IMG/VR virus record: IMGVR_UViG_3300004481_001615
Direction: 5' to 3' (one strand)
Source: a virus
Taxonomy: Duplodnaviria; Heunggongvirae; Uroviricota; Caudoviricetes
Length of the DNA: 30,771 nucleotides
Position 1 is the first letter of the stretch; the number at the start of each line of letters is the position of its first letter. The notes under the pieces are model-generated. The model did no database searches, was not told the origin of the DNA, and worked only from the letters and a program-made list of their open reading frames with translations. Below, in pieces: positions 14,801-22,465 of the stretch. The position numbers and the translations under genes are program-made.

Positions 14801-16537
14801 TATAGCGCATGCAAGTATTCTGCCGTCCTCATCCATTAGTGCCGAGGCATCATAATTATACCATGTTCCGTATGCTTCTTGAGGAAGACTACTCCACAAC
14901 TCGACAAAATCTACTTCACTACTAAAGTAGCCGAAATCAATAATACGTTTAGTTGTTGTATCACTTAAGTAGTACTCAACAACATCATCGGCACTAGACT
15001 TGACATAAAATGTGAATATAGATGCTGAACCCGCCGCTCCTTCTGGTTCATGTAGAACAAAACTTCTTGTGATACTTGAACCATCTGTTCTTATACCAAC
15101 AGTAGATTTTGTGTCCTGTTCTACATTCTCTATCGCAACAGCATGGACTTTACCTCCATCTGTTCCTAAATCAAAGTTTGTCCACTCACCAATTGTTGAA
15201 ATTGTTGTTTTGGTAGCCTCCTCTGTAAAAGAGCAGTTCTCCCAATAACCCATTATGTAGAATACATGCACACTATCAGCATAATACTCTATATATCCTG
15301 TTGATGCATCGACCTGAACTGGCATTGTTACACAGACATAACCACCGCCCTCTGCTTCGTGTTGGTCAACATACCTAGTTAGAGATGACCCATCAGCACG
15401 CACACCTCCCTCATTTATTGAGTTTGTAGACCCGCCAGCGACCACAATCTCAGCAACGGCACCCTTTGGAACTCCTTTATTAGTATAGATGTCATAGTTA
15501 GGCCATGCTGTCTCGCCAGAGTCTGTCCAACTATTAATCATTTCTGTGTAGGTCATGTCTGGGTCGATACTAGCTATATTGGTTGGGAATATTGTGGTTA
15601 TTCCTTTACCGTTCCAAAAGTCTTCCTTTCCAGCATACCACTCAACATTACCAAATTGAGTTGTATCTAGACATAACCACTGACCATTCTCATTCCAACT
15701 CTGGGATTTTGCTACATAAAATTTATTACGAGAACCCTTACTAACTTGTTTATCTAATGTTGTGATATCTTGTAATGATTCATGCACTGGATTACCAGTC
15801 TCATCATAACTCGCTATTACTGGTGCTACTTCTGTGTGGTATTTATGTATGTTTGATGGAGTGACGACCCACATCCACCGGAAGTCTCCGATAATCCAAT
15901 CTGCTGTTTTTACTATAGAGACAGATATTTTTGGTGGTGCTGAGATACCGTTAAGCTCAAAATCTATAGTAGCATAGGCAATAATGTTTTTCTTTGGATT
16001 CACGGGAGAATAGATACTATATGTTAAACGATAAAGACTCGCATTTGCCACGGACACCGATATTGTTTTACCAAAATCTAAGAGAGGTAACCAAGTCGTA
16101 CCTGATAGATATTGGAGAACATAAACAGATTTAGTAACAACAACTTCACCATAGTGATTAGTGAAACTCAGCAAGTTTCCTGGTTGCATCCAGGTATAAT
16201 TCCCAAAGGGCGTAACATAAATGTAGTTTGACCCATCAAAAACAAGGGTAATAGAAGACATAGCATGGTTATATGAATATCCACGCTCGTGAGTAAATGG
16301 AACATACCCAAACTCACCACTACCATCACTTGTTATACCACGGGGGAAGTACTGGATATCATTTATCGTTACACCCGATGGCTGATAAGAGTAAAGTGGG
16401 TAATCGTAATCAACTGGTGGTGTTGGTGTTGGCGGGAGAACAGAAAAGTCTTCCCCAGAATAAACCATGGGGATTAAAAAGAATAACAGGAGTAGCCACG
16501 CCAAGAATTTCCTCTTTAAAAGACTACTCGACAGCAA
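11816..16537 (-). CDS. Giant (1573 aa) membrane-anchored surface protein: signal peptide, N-terminal beta-rich domain, three repeated domains, about 800-aa Thr/Ser/Cys stalk, C-terminal TM plus KRRR
   Basis: KRKFLAWLLLLFFLIPMVYS signal; repeats visible in the translation; C-terminus IPNGGLPWWLICVPVVIFVIGMIFSKRRR; TTG start with GGTGGTG SD. Confidence 0.9.
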   Translation of the reverse strand: MLSSSLLKRKFLAWLLLLFFLIPMVYSGEDFSVLPPTPTPPVDYDYPLYSYQPSGVTINDIQYFPRGITSDGSGEFGYVPFTHERGYSYNHAMSSITLVFDGSNYIYVTPFGNYTWMQPGNLLSFTNHYGEVVVTKSVYVLQYLSGTTWLPLLDFGKTISVSVANASLYRLTYSIYSPVNPKKNIIAYATIDFELNGISAPPKISVSIVKTADWIIGDFRWMWVVTPSNIHKYHTEVAPVIASYDETGNPVHESLQDITTLDKQVSKGSRNKFYVAKSQSWNENGQWLCLDTTQFGNVEWYAGKEDFWNGKGITTIFPTNIASIDPDMTYTEMINSWTDSGETAWPNYDIYTNKGVPKGAVAEIVVAGGSTNSINEGGVRADGSSLTRYVDQHEAEGGGYVCVTMPVQVDASTGYIEYYADSVHVFYIMGYWENCSFTEEATKTTISTIGEWTNFDLGTDGGKVHAVAIENVEQDTKSTVGIRTDGSSITRSFVLHEPEGAAGSASIFTFYVKSSADDVVEYYLSDTTTKRIIDFGYFSSEVDFVELWSSLPQEAYGTWYNYDASALMDEDGRILACAILFGGLSAEGTQGVRPDGSALVRYIDVHESEGADLANNAEFNGYSVSVNSNPANGIVEVWAEFGSTDVHFVMGYFKPGVSHSTITTTILSTESSATNSITIWTVILIIVDPLATVTQTSITQSVTSSTSTTTCTTAKTSTTTCTSSFVTSISSSTTCSTTESSITISTTTSETTVISSTSSTTTCDTTVKSSTASTTTCDTTIESSTESTTICDTTIESSTASTTTCDTTIKSSTVSTTTCDTTIKSSTASTTTCDTTIKSSTESTTICATSISSTTECETDSETSQTSTTTCTTSRKTSQTSTTTCTTQRETDATSTTTCSTSIKTDAMCTTLCSTTIVSSDTCTTTCSTTVKSINTCTTTCSTTVSTSNSCTTTCATETETLNTCTSTCTTSTETSETSTTTCDTSIVSSTECETTCTTSKTTIKTSTTTCTTSRETSQTCTSTCTTSIETSQTTTTTCETDTSITSTTLLSTTCETSVETDEMCTTTCTTSVKSSTTCTSTCSTVTETETETSCTTTCSTTVETSETSTTTCTTLRETSETSTTTCDTTIVSSSFCTTTCTSSTEIISTCTSTCTTSTSTSKSSTTTCSTTTKEEEVSTTTCTTSTKTSESSTTTCGTESVTINTCTSTCTTDTETEATCTSTCTTSRVSTTTCTSLCSTETEVSDSCTTSCETETIVSDLCTTTCLTETVISESCTTTCTTETETNETCTTTCTTSTETSVTCTSTCSTSIETSDTSTTTCKTITETETETTCETETVTHTTECQTTCETSTETVDTCTTTTATYISISSTTTCTSSIETSKTSTTTCSTDTSMVSTTLCETSTETSESCTTTCTTSYETSETSTTTCTTSVETSVTCTTTCSTFKTSTTTCTSSCVTTCTTTQSCTTSCETSIVTTTSCQTTCSTNTSTYKTTTTTCTTTDTCTTTCSTSTTVVAGVTSTTIATSIVSTSTSLISTSVVGVIPNGGLPWWLICVPVVIFVIGMIFSKRRR
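11990..14440 (-). repeat. Degenerate 42-bp/14-aa coding tandem repeat, consensus near [S/C]TTTC[T/S/D]T[S/T]x[E/K][T/S]Sx[T/S]
   Basis: Units such as STTTCDTTIKSSTA and CTTTCSTTVKSINT; 42-bp period clear at 14022-14147; roughly 55-60 units (estimated from length, not counted). Confidence 0.9.
14576..15556 (-). repeat. Three tandem domains of about 105-115 aa inside the giant protein
   Basis: Shared W-x-N-[YF]-D ... G-[VI]-R-x-D-G-S-x-x-x-R-x(4)-H-E-x-E-G ... G-Y-[WF]. Confidence 0.85.
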
Positions 16538-16557
16538 GCACCACCAGTGATTTAATA

Positions 16558-16592
16558 TATTTAAATGTAATAACAGATATATAATTGTTATT
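16558..16592 (-). promoter_or_regulatory. Two tandem variant promoter modules upstream of the giant protein
   Basis: Sense ATTACA-TTTAAATA (16558-16571) and AATAACA-ATTATATA (16578-16592). Confidence 0.55.
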
Positions 16593-16627
16593 ACCCTATT
16601 ATAGGGATGCCATCGATTTGATGTCGT

Positions 16628-17956
16628 TTAAAAGGTTCTCACGAGTCCTATCGGGAAGAAATAGATGAACATTGCAATTGTTAGTAGTAACTGGACCATC
16701 ATAATTTGGTTCTGGTATTTCGGGAGAGTCTTTGACCAGAACCACGGGATACCGAGACAGAGGAAGGGTATGGCAAACATCATATAGTGGTTGAAGGGGA
16801 TGTATCTTCTGGGTAGTTCCCATGCGACCCATGAGATATATGTTCCTGCGAGGGTACCTAAAAAGAACTTTGACTCTGTCTCTTTTCGTTTTAGGAGAGC
16901 TAACCCGAGTATGGGTAAGGTCATCCACCATATTGGATAGGTAGATTGTGCACGGTAATTGATGATATAGTCTTTTTTATCACCGAACGATACAACAGTC
17001 GTAAGGTATGTTGGTGGATTACTCCAGTTCGGACCGAACGGACCAACCCAACTCCATGGCGGACGCCATGTTGTTTCTATCTGGGGAATACCAGTGCTGA
17101 TTCCAGTGAAGTAGGTGAACATATGCCAAACGTGGGAAAAGGGGTCATAGATATATTTCAGAGAGGTAGATGTTGTTGTTGCAGTAGATGTTGTAAATGG
17201 ACCGGTCTGGTTCTGATATACTGTTTCAATAACTTGCACACTGAGATTTGCTTGACTAGAAGGCCTCCATATCAGGTCTGAGATGAAGAGACCACCACCA
17301 CCAAATAAGACACACAGAGAGAGGAACACGGCTACTGGTTTTGCATCAATAATGAGGTTCTTTAGCTTGAAGTTCTCGAGGATGTGGTAGATAGCTACAC
17401 CCAGAAGGACCCAGAGTGCCTTTTCATTACAGAGGAAACCTAAACTTATTGCGAGTGAGGCTTTTGCTGGTTTCTTTTCAAGGTACCAGAGGACGAATAA
17501 AAGAGAGAAAACCATCGCAGGAATTTCGAGCATGTAGATGTTTCCGTGGATAAAGAGGATTATATCGAACATACTAAAAAGGGCAGAAAAGATTGCCTTA
17601 CGTTTGTCATTGAAAAGTCTTAGAGATAGTTTGTAAACGAGTAGAGGGAGCCAAACTGAGAACATCACAATCGGAAACCGCCAAGCAAACCAGTGGTCAC
17701 CAAACAGCTTTATGGCTACAACGCCGATGATTTTAACTAGGGGCGGATGCTCGGAGTTGGCTCCGAGGCCCTCGAGCATAGCACGTGTAGCTTTGATATA
17801 GTGAACTTCGTCAAATATCATACCACCGTCGTTTGGGAAGGGCATCACAAAAAACCTTATAATGGCACCAAATAGAACAAGGTGCCAGATGTCAATTCTA
17901 TCAATGAATCCAATAGCTGATTCAAGTATGTTTGGTATCTTAAATTTTACTTCCAT
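16628..17956 (-). CDS. pmt: Dolichyl-phosphate-mannose:protein mannosyltransferase-like (PMT, GT39) membrane glycosyltransferase (track start 17992)
   Basis: IFDEVHY acidic DE motif, EHPPL, WFAWRF, multiple TM segments and the C-terminal WRPPWSW typical of the PMT family. Confidence 0.8.
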   Translation of the reverse strand: MEVKFKIPNILESAIGFIDRIDIWHLVLFGAIIRFFVMPFPNDGGMIFDEVHYIKATRAMLEGLGANSEHPPLVKIIGVVAIKLFGDHWFAWRFPIVMFSVWLPLLVYKLSLRLFNDKRKAIFSALFSMFDIILFIHGNIYMLEIPAMVFSLLFVLWYLEKKPAKASLAISLGFLCNEKALWVLLGVAIYHILENFKLKNLIIDAKPVAVFLSLCVLFGGGGLFISDLIWRPSSQANLSVQVIETVYQNQTGPFTTSTATTTSTSLKYIYDPFSHVWHMFTYFTGISTGIPQIETTWRPPWSWVGPFGPNWSNPPTYLTTVVSFGDKKDYIINYRAQSTYPIWWMTLPILGLALLKRKETESKFFLGTLAGTYISWVAWELPRRYIPFNHYMMFAIPFLCLGIPWFWSKTLPKYQNQIMMVQLLLTIAMFIYFFPIGLVRTF

Positions 17957-18064
17957 TTTATCCCAGCTTACCGCTACCACTACCACTATCAAAGAAAACC
18001 GACTGTTTATATATGATAAGGAAGAGTACTACCACAAGTACTATGATTTGTATCAAAGTTCGAA

Positions 18065-18220
18065 TCATTTCTTTTTCTCTTCTCTATCAAATATTCTATC
18101 GATGGATGCTTCTATACTACCATAGACACGTCTGAAAAGATAGTAAACAAGTCCTATTCCTAGGACAAACCCGATACCCATCCCTATGAGCAGGATTTGG
18201 TAATCATCTAATCCAAACAT
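18065..18220 (-). CDS. Single-TM micro-protein, 51 aa (not in track): MFGLDDYQILLIGMGIGFVLGIGLVYYLFRRVYGSIEASIDRIFDREEKKK
   Basis: Translated by hand; AGGTGA SD; overlaps the upstream ORF end. Confidence 0.7.
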   Translation of the reverse strand: MFGLDDYQILLIGMGIGFVLGIGLVYYLFRRVYGSIEASIDRIFDREEKKK

Positions 18221-18642
18221 TCTTTTTCACCTTCCTTACTTGCTTCTAATAACTTCTTTATCTCTAACGATTCTTTACTCAAGCCATTAGCTACACATAA
18301 TTTTTCCACTGCCTCGTAGAGTGGAATGTCTTTTGGCATAAGCCTAAAAGAGTATGGGTTTGCAGATGTCATAATCTCGTAGTTTGCACGGTAGTAACGG
18401 GACTTAACATAAACTAATCCTAGGACTATACATGAAATTGGGCCCAACAATATACCAAAAATTAAAAAGTGGATAAATGATGGAAATATTAGAAGTAGTG
18501 GGACGAAGTTCACAACGACCAAGTAATAGGCAATTGATGCGAAGTTGAATAGGGAGATTGGTAACGCCACGAGAGCGTAGCCCTGTTGGAACAAGAACAA
18601 CCAATTATGTTGCGTTTGTTTTAGCTTTTTGATATCTGACAT
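18208..18642 (-). CDS. Membrane protein (2-3 TM)
   Basis: Long hydrophobic N-terminal half; TAATG overlap with the methyltransferase. Confidence 0.75.
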   Translation of the reverse strand: MSDIKKLKQTQHNWLFLFQQGYALVALPISLFNFASIAYYLVVVNFVPLLLIFPSFIHFLIFGILLGPISCIVLGLVYVKSRYYRANYEIMTSANPYSFRLMPKDIPLYEAVEKLCVANGLSKESLEIKKLLEASKEGEKECLD

Positions 18643-19166
18643 TAACTCACCTTTTTGAACTTATAAACTGTGCAGAAAAACAGCTCTTTTTTATCTATGA
18701 ACTCAAACCCAGCGAGTTCACTGGCAGTGAATATATCACCACGACTGAACTCGTGTTTATGGTCTGGGTTGCCTCTGAGAGCATCACGGAATCTTAGTAC
18801 AAGGACTCGGAGAACAAACAACATCATATCATTCGGGTCGGATATAATGAGTGTTCCACCATCTGTAAGTACACGATGTGCTTGCTTGAGTGCTTTGTAG
18901 TACTCGTCAATATGTTCTAATGTATCGAGGAATAGAATGTTTACAAATGTTTTGTCTGGGAAAGTTAGCTCGGTAGCTGACATGATATAGTCAGGGGCAT
19001 TGATGTTACCTTCGAACTCAGGATTTGGGTCTATACCGATACTGTTCGGTATCCTATTTGTGTACCTCATATCGCCACAACCACAGTCGAGGGTAGGACC
19101 GTAATCGAGGTAGGATAGGACAGCATTGAGTTTTCTAATGTAAACAAACTTGTCAATCACACTCAA
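18642..19166 (-). CDS. Class I SAM-dependent methyltransferase (Methyltransf_11-like)
   Basis: LDCGCG motif I, FPDKTF, LEHI, RVLTDGGTLII. Confidence 0.9.
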   Translation of the reverse strand: MSVIDKFVYIRKLNAVLSYLDYGPTLDCGCGDMRYTNRIPNSIGIDPNPEFEGNINAPDYIMSATELTFPDKTFVNILFLDTLEHIDEYYKALKQAHRVLTDGGTLIISDPNDMMLFVLRVLVLRFRDALRGNPDHKHEFSRGDIFTASELAGFEFIDKKELFFCTVYKFKKVS

Positions 19167-20116
19167 GCTGAGACCTCCGTAAAAAAGTCCTCGAGGCGAT
19201 TGATTATCCTGACCTTGTCAAACTTGAGTGCTTCTTGACGGCACTTTTCTAGATATTTGAGATAGTCTTCTGACATACATGATTCTTTGATGATTAGGAG
19301 GTTATCAACATATTCTGATACATTCGAGGCGTAAATAAGGGGTAGATGGAGCGCTTTGTGGGTAATTAGATTAGAGGCTATCACAGGAGTCTTACATAAC
19401 AAACTCTCTACGATATTTAAACCGAAGGTATTCACACGTGCTGGTACTATGAGAGCATGGGGTTGTGATAACCACATTGGCATGAGTTTTTCAGGTATGT
19501 TATTTGTTTCGATGAATACTGCTTCGTTCTTCATCTCTCTCCGAACGGTCTCATAGATGTCGTATCCCTTTTGCCACACCTTACGAGAAGCATACCCAAC
19601 CGTAAACTCCTTGTATTTGGGTGGTAGGTAGTCATATTGTTTTGAGTCTACAAAGTTTGGAATAATCTTAACATTCGGATGGTTAATCTCATAGACATCC
19701 GTCACTGCGTGGACAGCATCAAATCGATTGAGTTCGCTACCACCAATTACTTTATTGACGAGATTAGCGAGGTTTGGTAATAGACCATAGTGATGGTCGA
19801 GCTTCTGCCAGTACGCATGAGAGTGAATGCCAGCAATTTTTGGGTGAGATGTATCAAAAAAGACCCAGCTAAGCGGGTTATAGGTGATGTAGTTGACGTC
19901 TCCCCTTAACTTGTGGTGATACCCCTCACTATATTTTATGTTTGGGTTTAAGTGGTCTCTGGGATTGACTTTCGGCTCGCCGTCTAGGAGAATTGGGAGA
20001 GCATGAATGTCTACCTCATGACCTCGACTAGCAAGTTCGTTTGCGACTTGGATAATCCACTTTTCACCACCACCAAAATATGAGAGACTCAGGTGATGAC
20101 CGAAAGATATCTTCAC
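19163..20116 (-). CDS. GT4 (GT-B) glycosyltransferase
   Basis: GGGEKWIIQVANELASRGHEV N-terminus; PARVNTFGLNIVES...PVIAS nucleotide-sugar motif. Confidence 0.9.
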   Translation of the reverse strand: MKISFGHHLSLSYFGGGEKWIIQVANELASRGHEVDIHALPILLDGEPKVNPRDHLNPNIKYSEGYHHKLRGDVNYITYNPLSWVFFDTSHPKIAGIHSHAYWQKLDHHYGLLPNLANLVNKVIGGSELNRFDAVHAVTDVYEINHPNVKIIPNFVDSKQYDYLPPKYKEFTVGYASRKVWQKGYDIYETVRREMKNEAVFIETNNIPEKLMPMWLSQPHALIVPARVNTFGLNIVESLLCKTPVIASNLITHKALHLPLIYASNVSEYVDNLLIIKESCMSEDYLKYLEKCRQEALKFDKVRIINRLEDFFTEVSA

Positions 20117-20970
20117 TGTTCAGCCCTCCTCACCATTGCTAGTGAGAGGAAAGCAGAGGCAGTAAAGATTTTTGTAATAACATTCAACAAATGGACTAGG
20201 GTATTTGGGGCGTAGAAAGGCGTTCCAATAGCATAGTTATCAAGTGGGTTGATATCAATAGCATAGAATGTTTGGGGGAACATCTGAGAGTTAGACCATA
20301 CACCTGCTTCGGTTGTGATATGGAGTGTTGTTGTCTCATAGGGATAATAGACCCAAACGGTCCATAGAATAATTGAGATTACGAAGAGGGAGATTGTTGT
20401 TTTTGATAAGTTGAGCTGATACTTGTCAATTACGAGGTATAGGAGAACCACGAGGCTGATTACCGCCCATGAGATAAATTGAATTGTGTTCACTCCCTGT
20501 TTCCAGATAAATGAGGAGGCCCACCATTGATTGTGGACTCTCGAGTATATTTGGTTCCATGCTATCTCAAAGAAACCAATATTTCCGAGGCTGAGTAAAG
20601 TTGTCGCTAGGAAATTATAAGACCTGCGGATACCAATCAACTCAAAATGCTCAGAGAGGAAGTAAAAGCACAATCCATAGATTACGGGTGCTGAGAGGTG
20701 ATTACCCACACCATAGTAGGCGTTTGATTGAGTAATCACGGTCTCGAGTGACACCTGACCGAGGACGAGGGGGATTGCGTTGTTGATAAAGGGAACGAGT
20801 TGGTCCATTGTGGAGTCGAACCCCATAACAATCCAGAGTCCAGCCGAGAGGAAAGCTAGGAACAAGAAATATTTACGCCATGCTGGGGCGTTCCTTAAAA
20901 CTTTAAATGGGTTTATTGGTCCTAGATTGATATTATTAGAATCTATCCAATCAAATATGGGTGGGACCAA
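20113..20970 (-). CDS. Multi-pass membrane protein of unknown function heading the GT4 operon
   Basis: About 6 hydrophobic segments; GTGA coupling to GT4; promoter module 33 nt upstream. Confidence 0.8.
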   Translation of the reverse strand: MVPPIFDWIDSNNINLGPINPFKVLRNAPAWRKYFLFLAFLSAGLWIVMGFDSTMDQLVPFINNAIPLVLGQVSLETVITQSNAYYGVGNHLSAPVIYGLCFYFLSEHFELIGIRRSYNFLATTLLSLGNIGFFEIAWNQIYSRVHNQWWASSFIWKQGVNTIQFISWAVISLVVLLYLVIDKYQLNLSKTTISLFVISIILWTVWVYYPYETTTLHITTEAGVWSNSQMFPQTFYAIDINPLDNYAIGTPFYAPNTLVHLLNVITKIFTASAFLSLAMVRRAEQ

Positions 20971-21002
20971 CTACGAATCTTAGAGAAATAAAGGTCTGAG
21001 TA

Positions 21003-21017
21003 TTTATAAATGTTATG
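21003..21017 (-). promoter_or_regulatory. Conserved promoter module copy
   Basis: tttataaatgttatg, 3 nt from the TAG of 21021-21146. Confidence 0.8.
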
Positions 21018-21020
21018 TTA

Positions 21021-21146
21021 CTATTTCTTCTTGCCCGCTTTCTTGGGTTTTATCACATTATAATAGTACCAGGAGAAATACTCTTTTGATTTGTAGCTGT
21101 GGGGATTTGAACGTTTCTTATATGGTCTGACTTCGTCTGACGACAT
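21021..21146 (-). CDS. Small basic protein, 41 aa (not in track): MSSDEVRPYKKRSNPHSYKSKEYFSWYYYNVIKPKKAGKKK
   Basis: Translated by hand; ATG 3 nt after the upstream stop; fills the gap to the next promoter. Confidence 0.65.
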   Translation of the reverse strand: MSSDEVRPYKKRSNPHSYKSKEYFSWYYYNVIKPKKAGKKK

Positions 21147-21149
21147 TAC

Positions 21150-21296
21150 TTAACCACCGTATTCTTTCGCGTAACTTTCTGCCTCACTCAGTGAGGGAAA
21201 TGTCCGTACTATCTTCCAAGAACCAAAGCCCCTCCCAGATACTCTAAAAACAACCCACTTCCGTGCTTTGATATTCTGTTTTATTACTAGACTCAT
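21150..21296 (-). CDS. Small basic protein, 48 aa (not in track): MSLVIKQNIKARKWVVFRVSGRGFGSWKIVRTFPSLSEAESYAKEYGG
   Basis: Translated by hand; ATGA overlap with 21293. Confidence 0.7.
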   Translation of the reverse strand: MSLVIKQNIKARKWVVFRVSGRGFGSWKIVRTFPSLSEAESYAKEYGG

Positions 21297-21448
21297 TTTG
21301 TTTTCCTCTTTTTCTTCCCACGGGCTTTGATTTCTTTCTTGTGTTCTTCGTAGTAACGTGCGGATGCTTCACGCCATAGTTTCCGGCGATGTTCGGTCCG
21401 TTTTGATGTTGACACTTTCCTGTGCCCGCTTTTCTTTTTCTGTGCCAT
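21293..21448 (-). CDS. Highly basic 51-aa protein, probable nucleic-acid binding or genome condensing (track start 21481)
   Basis: MAQKKKSGHRKVSTSKRTEHRRKLW...KKKRKTK; ATG 33 nt after the promoter TATA. Confidence 0.75.
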   Translation of the reverse strand: MAQKKKSGHRKVSTSKRTEHRRKLWREASARYYEEHKKEIKARGKKKRKTK

Positions 21449-21480
21449 TTGTTTAATCAATATCATAAATATTAAAACCA

Positions 21481-21499
21481 TATTTAAATGTTATGAGAA
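21481..21499 (-). promoter_or_regulatory. Conserved promoter module copy (TTCTCATAACA-TTTAAATA)
   Basis: Exact 19-mer tatttaaatgttatgagaa (one of five identical copies). Confidence 0.85.
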
Positions 21500-21596
21500 T
21501 GGGGATGTGTTTTGAGAAAAAATAGATAAAACTACCAACAAACCAAAAAAGGGATACCCGAGTACGGAACTCGGGAGCCTGAGGAAAACGTTGTGA

Positions 21597-21800
21597 CTAA
21601 ACGTTTTCTGCGGCTTTCGAAGCCTGTGCGATGCCTACTAACAGAGCTACAATGACTAAAATCTGGGCCATTGTAGTTGCGGCACTTGTTACGTTTGCAC
21701 TAACAGAAGCCATGAATCCTAATGTTGCCAATAGGAGTACAACGGCGATTGCAATGACGTAACCTAAAATTGGCTTCACTGTGTCCAAGAGTCCACCCAT
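21597..21800 (-). CDS. Hydrophobic alpha-hairpin protein (67 aa), candidate major capsid/envelope protein
   Basis: Two hydrophobic helices joined by SVSANVTSAATT (N-V-T sequon); own promoter and GGAGG SD. Confidence 0.6.
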   Translation of the reverse strand: MGGLLDTVKPILGYVIAIAVVLLLATLGFMASVSANVTSAATTMAQILVIVALLVGIAQASKAAENV

Positions 21801-21850
21801 TCTTTTCTCTATCCTCCTAATGGTTCTGATATAAATGATGTTGTATAGGG

Positions 21851-21869
21851 TTTATAAAGGTTATGAGAA
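21851..21869 (-). promoter_or_regulatory. Conserved promoter module copy
   Basis: tttataaaggttatgagaa preceded on the sense strand by a T-tract. Confidence 0.8.
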
Positions 21870-21877
21870 AAACCTCA

Positions 21878-22096
21878 TTACTTATATGGCGACAGCCCTT
21901 CTTTTGCCACTCTCGCCATGGTTGTCGCACTTACTAGATACTCACCTGGATTATTTGGGTCAAGTCTTATTTTCTTGACAATACAACGAAAACTAAGGAC
22001 CGTGCCATTTGATAGTTTATACCGAACCCACGGTTCACCATCCAACGGGGTAAAATCCATATTGATGTCCTTATCTACCATCATATCACCATTCAA
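21878..22096 (-). CDS. Small hypothetical protein of an archaeal-looking beta-rich type
   Basis: DFTPLDGEPWVRYKLSNGTVLSFRCIVKKI. Confidence 0.7.
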   Translation of the reverse strand: MNGDMMVDKDINMDFTPLDGEPWVRYKLSNGTVLSFRCIVKKIRLDPNNPGEYLVSATTMARVAKEGLSPYK

Positions 22097-22151
22097 TATA
22101 GGGTATATTATATTATAATTTGTCTATGACGCTTCTATCTATCTATTCGAT

Positions 22152-22415
22152 TTAACTAAATGAGATACCAGAATTTATCAGTTCTCTGCCTTTCTCAGAG
22201 AGAATGTACCCACCGCGAAGGGGTCGCTTTAAGTACCCTCGCTTAAGTAGGGAATATACTGTCGTACGAATTGAGGCCTCGGGTTTTGACATCTCTGTTG
22301 CGACCTCACCAACGAAAGCGTATGGACGTGCATCTTGTTTTGAAATCTTCTGGACTACCTTTAAGATATCGAACTGATGTGGCGTTACGGCGTACTCTTG
22401 CTCCATCGTTATCAA
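22152..22415 (-). CDS. Winged helix-turn-helix DNA-binding protein (alternative start 22406)
   Basis: QFDILKVV...VGEVATEMSKPEASIRTTVYSLLKRGYLKR...GYILSEKGREL. Confidence 0.85.
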   Translation of the reverse strand: MITMEQEYAVTPHQFDILKVVQKISKQDARPYAFVGEVATEMSKPEASIRTTVYSLLKRGYLKRPLRGGYILSEKGRELINSGISFS

Positions 22416-22435
22416 TATAGACGAGAATGTGGTTA

Positions 22436-22450
22436 TTTATAAATGTTATT
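22436..22450 (-). promoter_or_regulatory. Conserved promoter module copy
   Basis: tttataaatgttatt; 22431-22450 is the exact reverse complement of 57-76. Confidence 0.8.
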
Positions 22451-22465
22451 GTCTGATAATAAACA

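Noticed and set aside
20113-20970. Archaeosortase/exosortase identity for the multi-pass protein
   Set aside because: I could not find the Cys/Arg/His catalytic arrangement; left as unknown.
21101-21112. GTTCAAATCCCC on the minus strand, resembling a tRNA T-loop or att core
   Set aside because: The 5' stem strand (AAACG) cannot pair with CCCC, there is no rest of a cloverleaf, and it lies inside a plausible 41-aa ORF.
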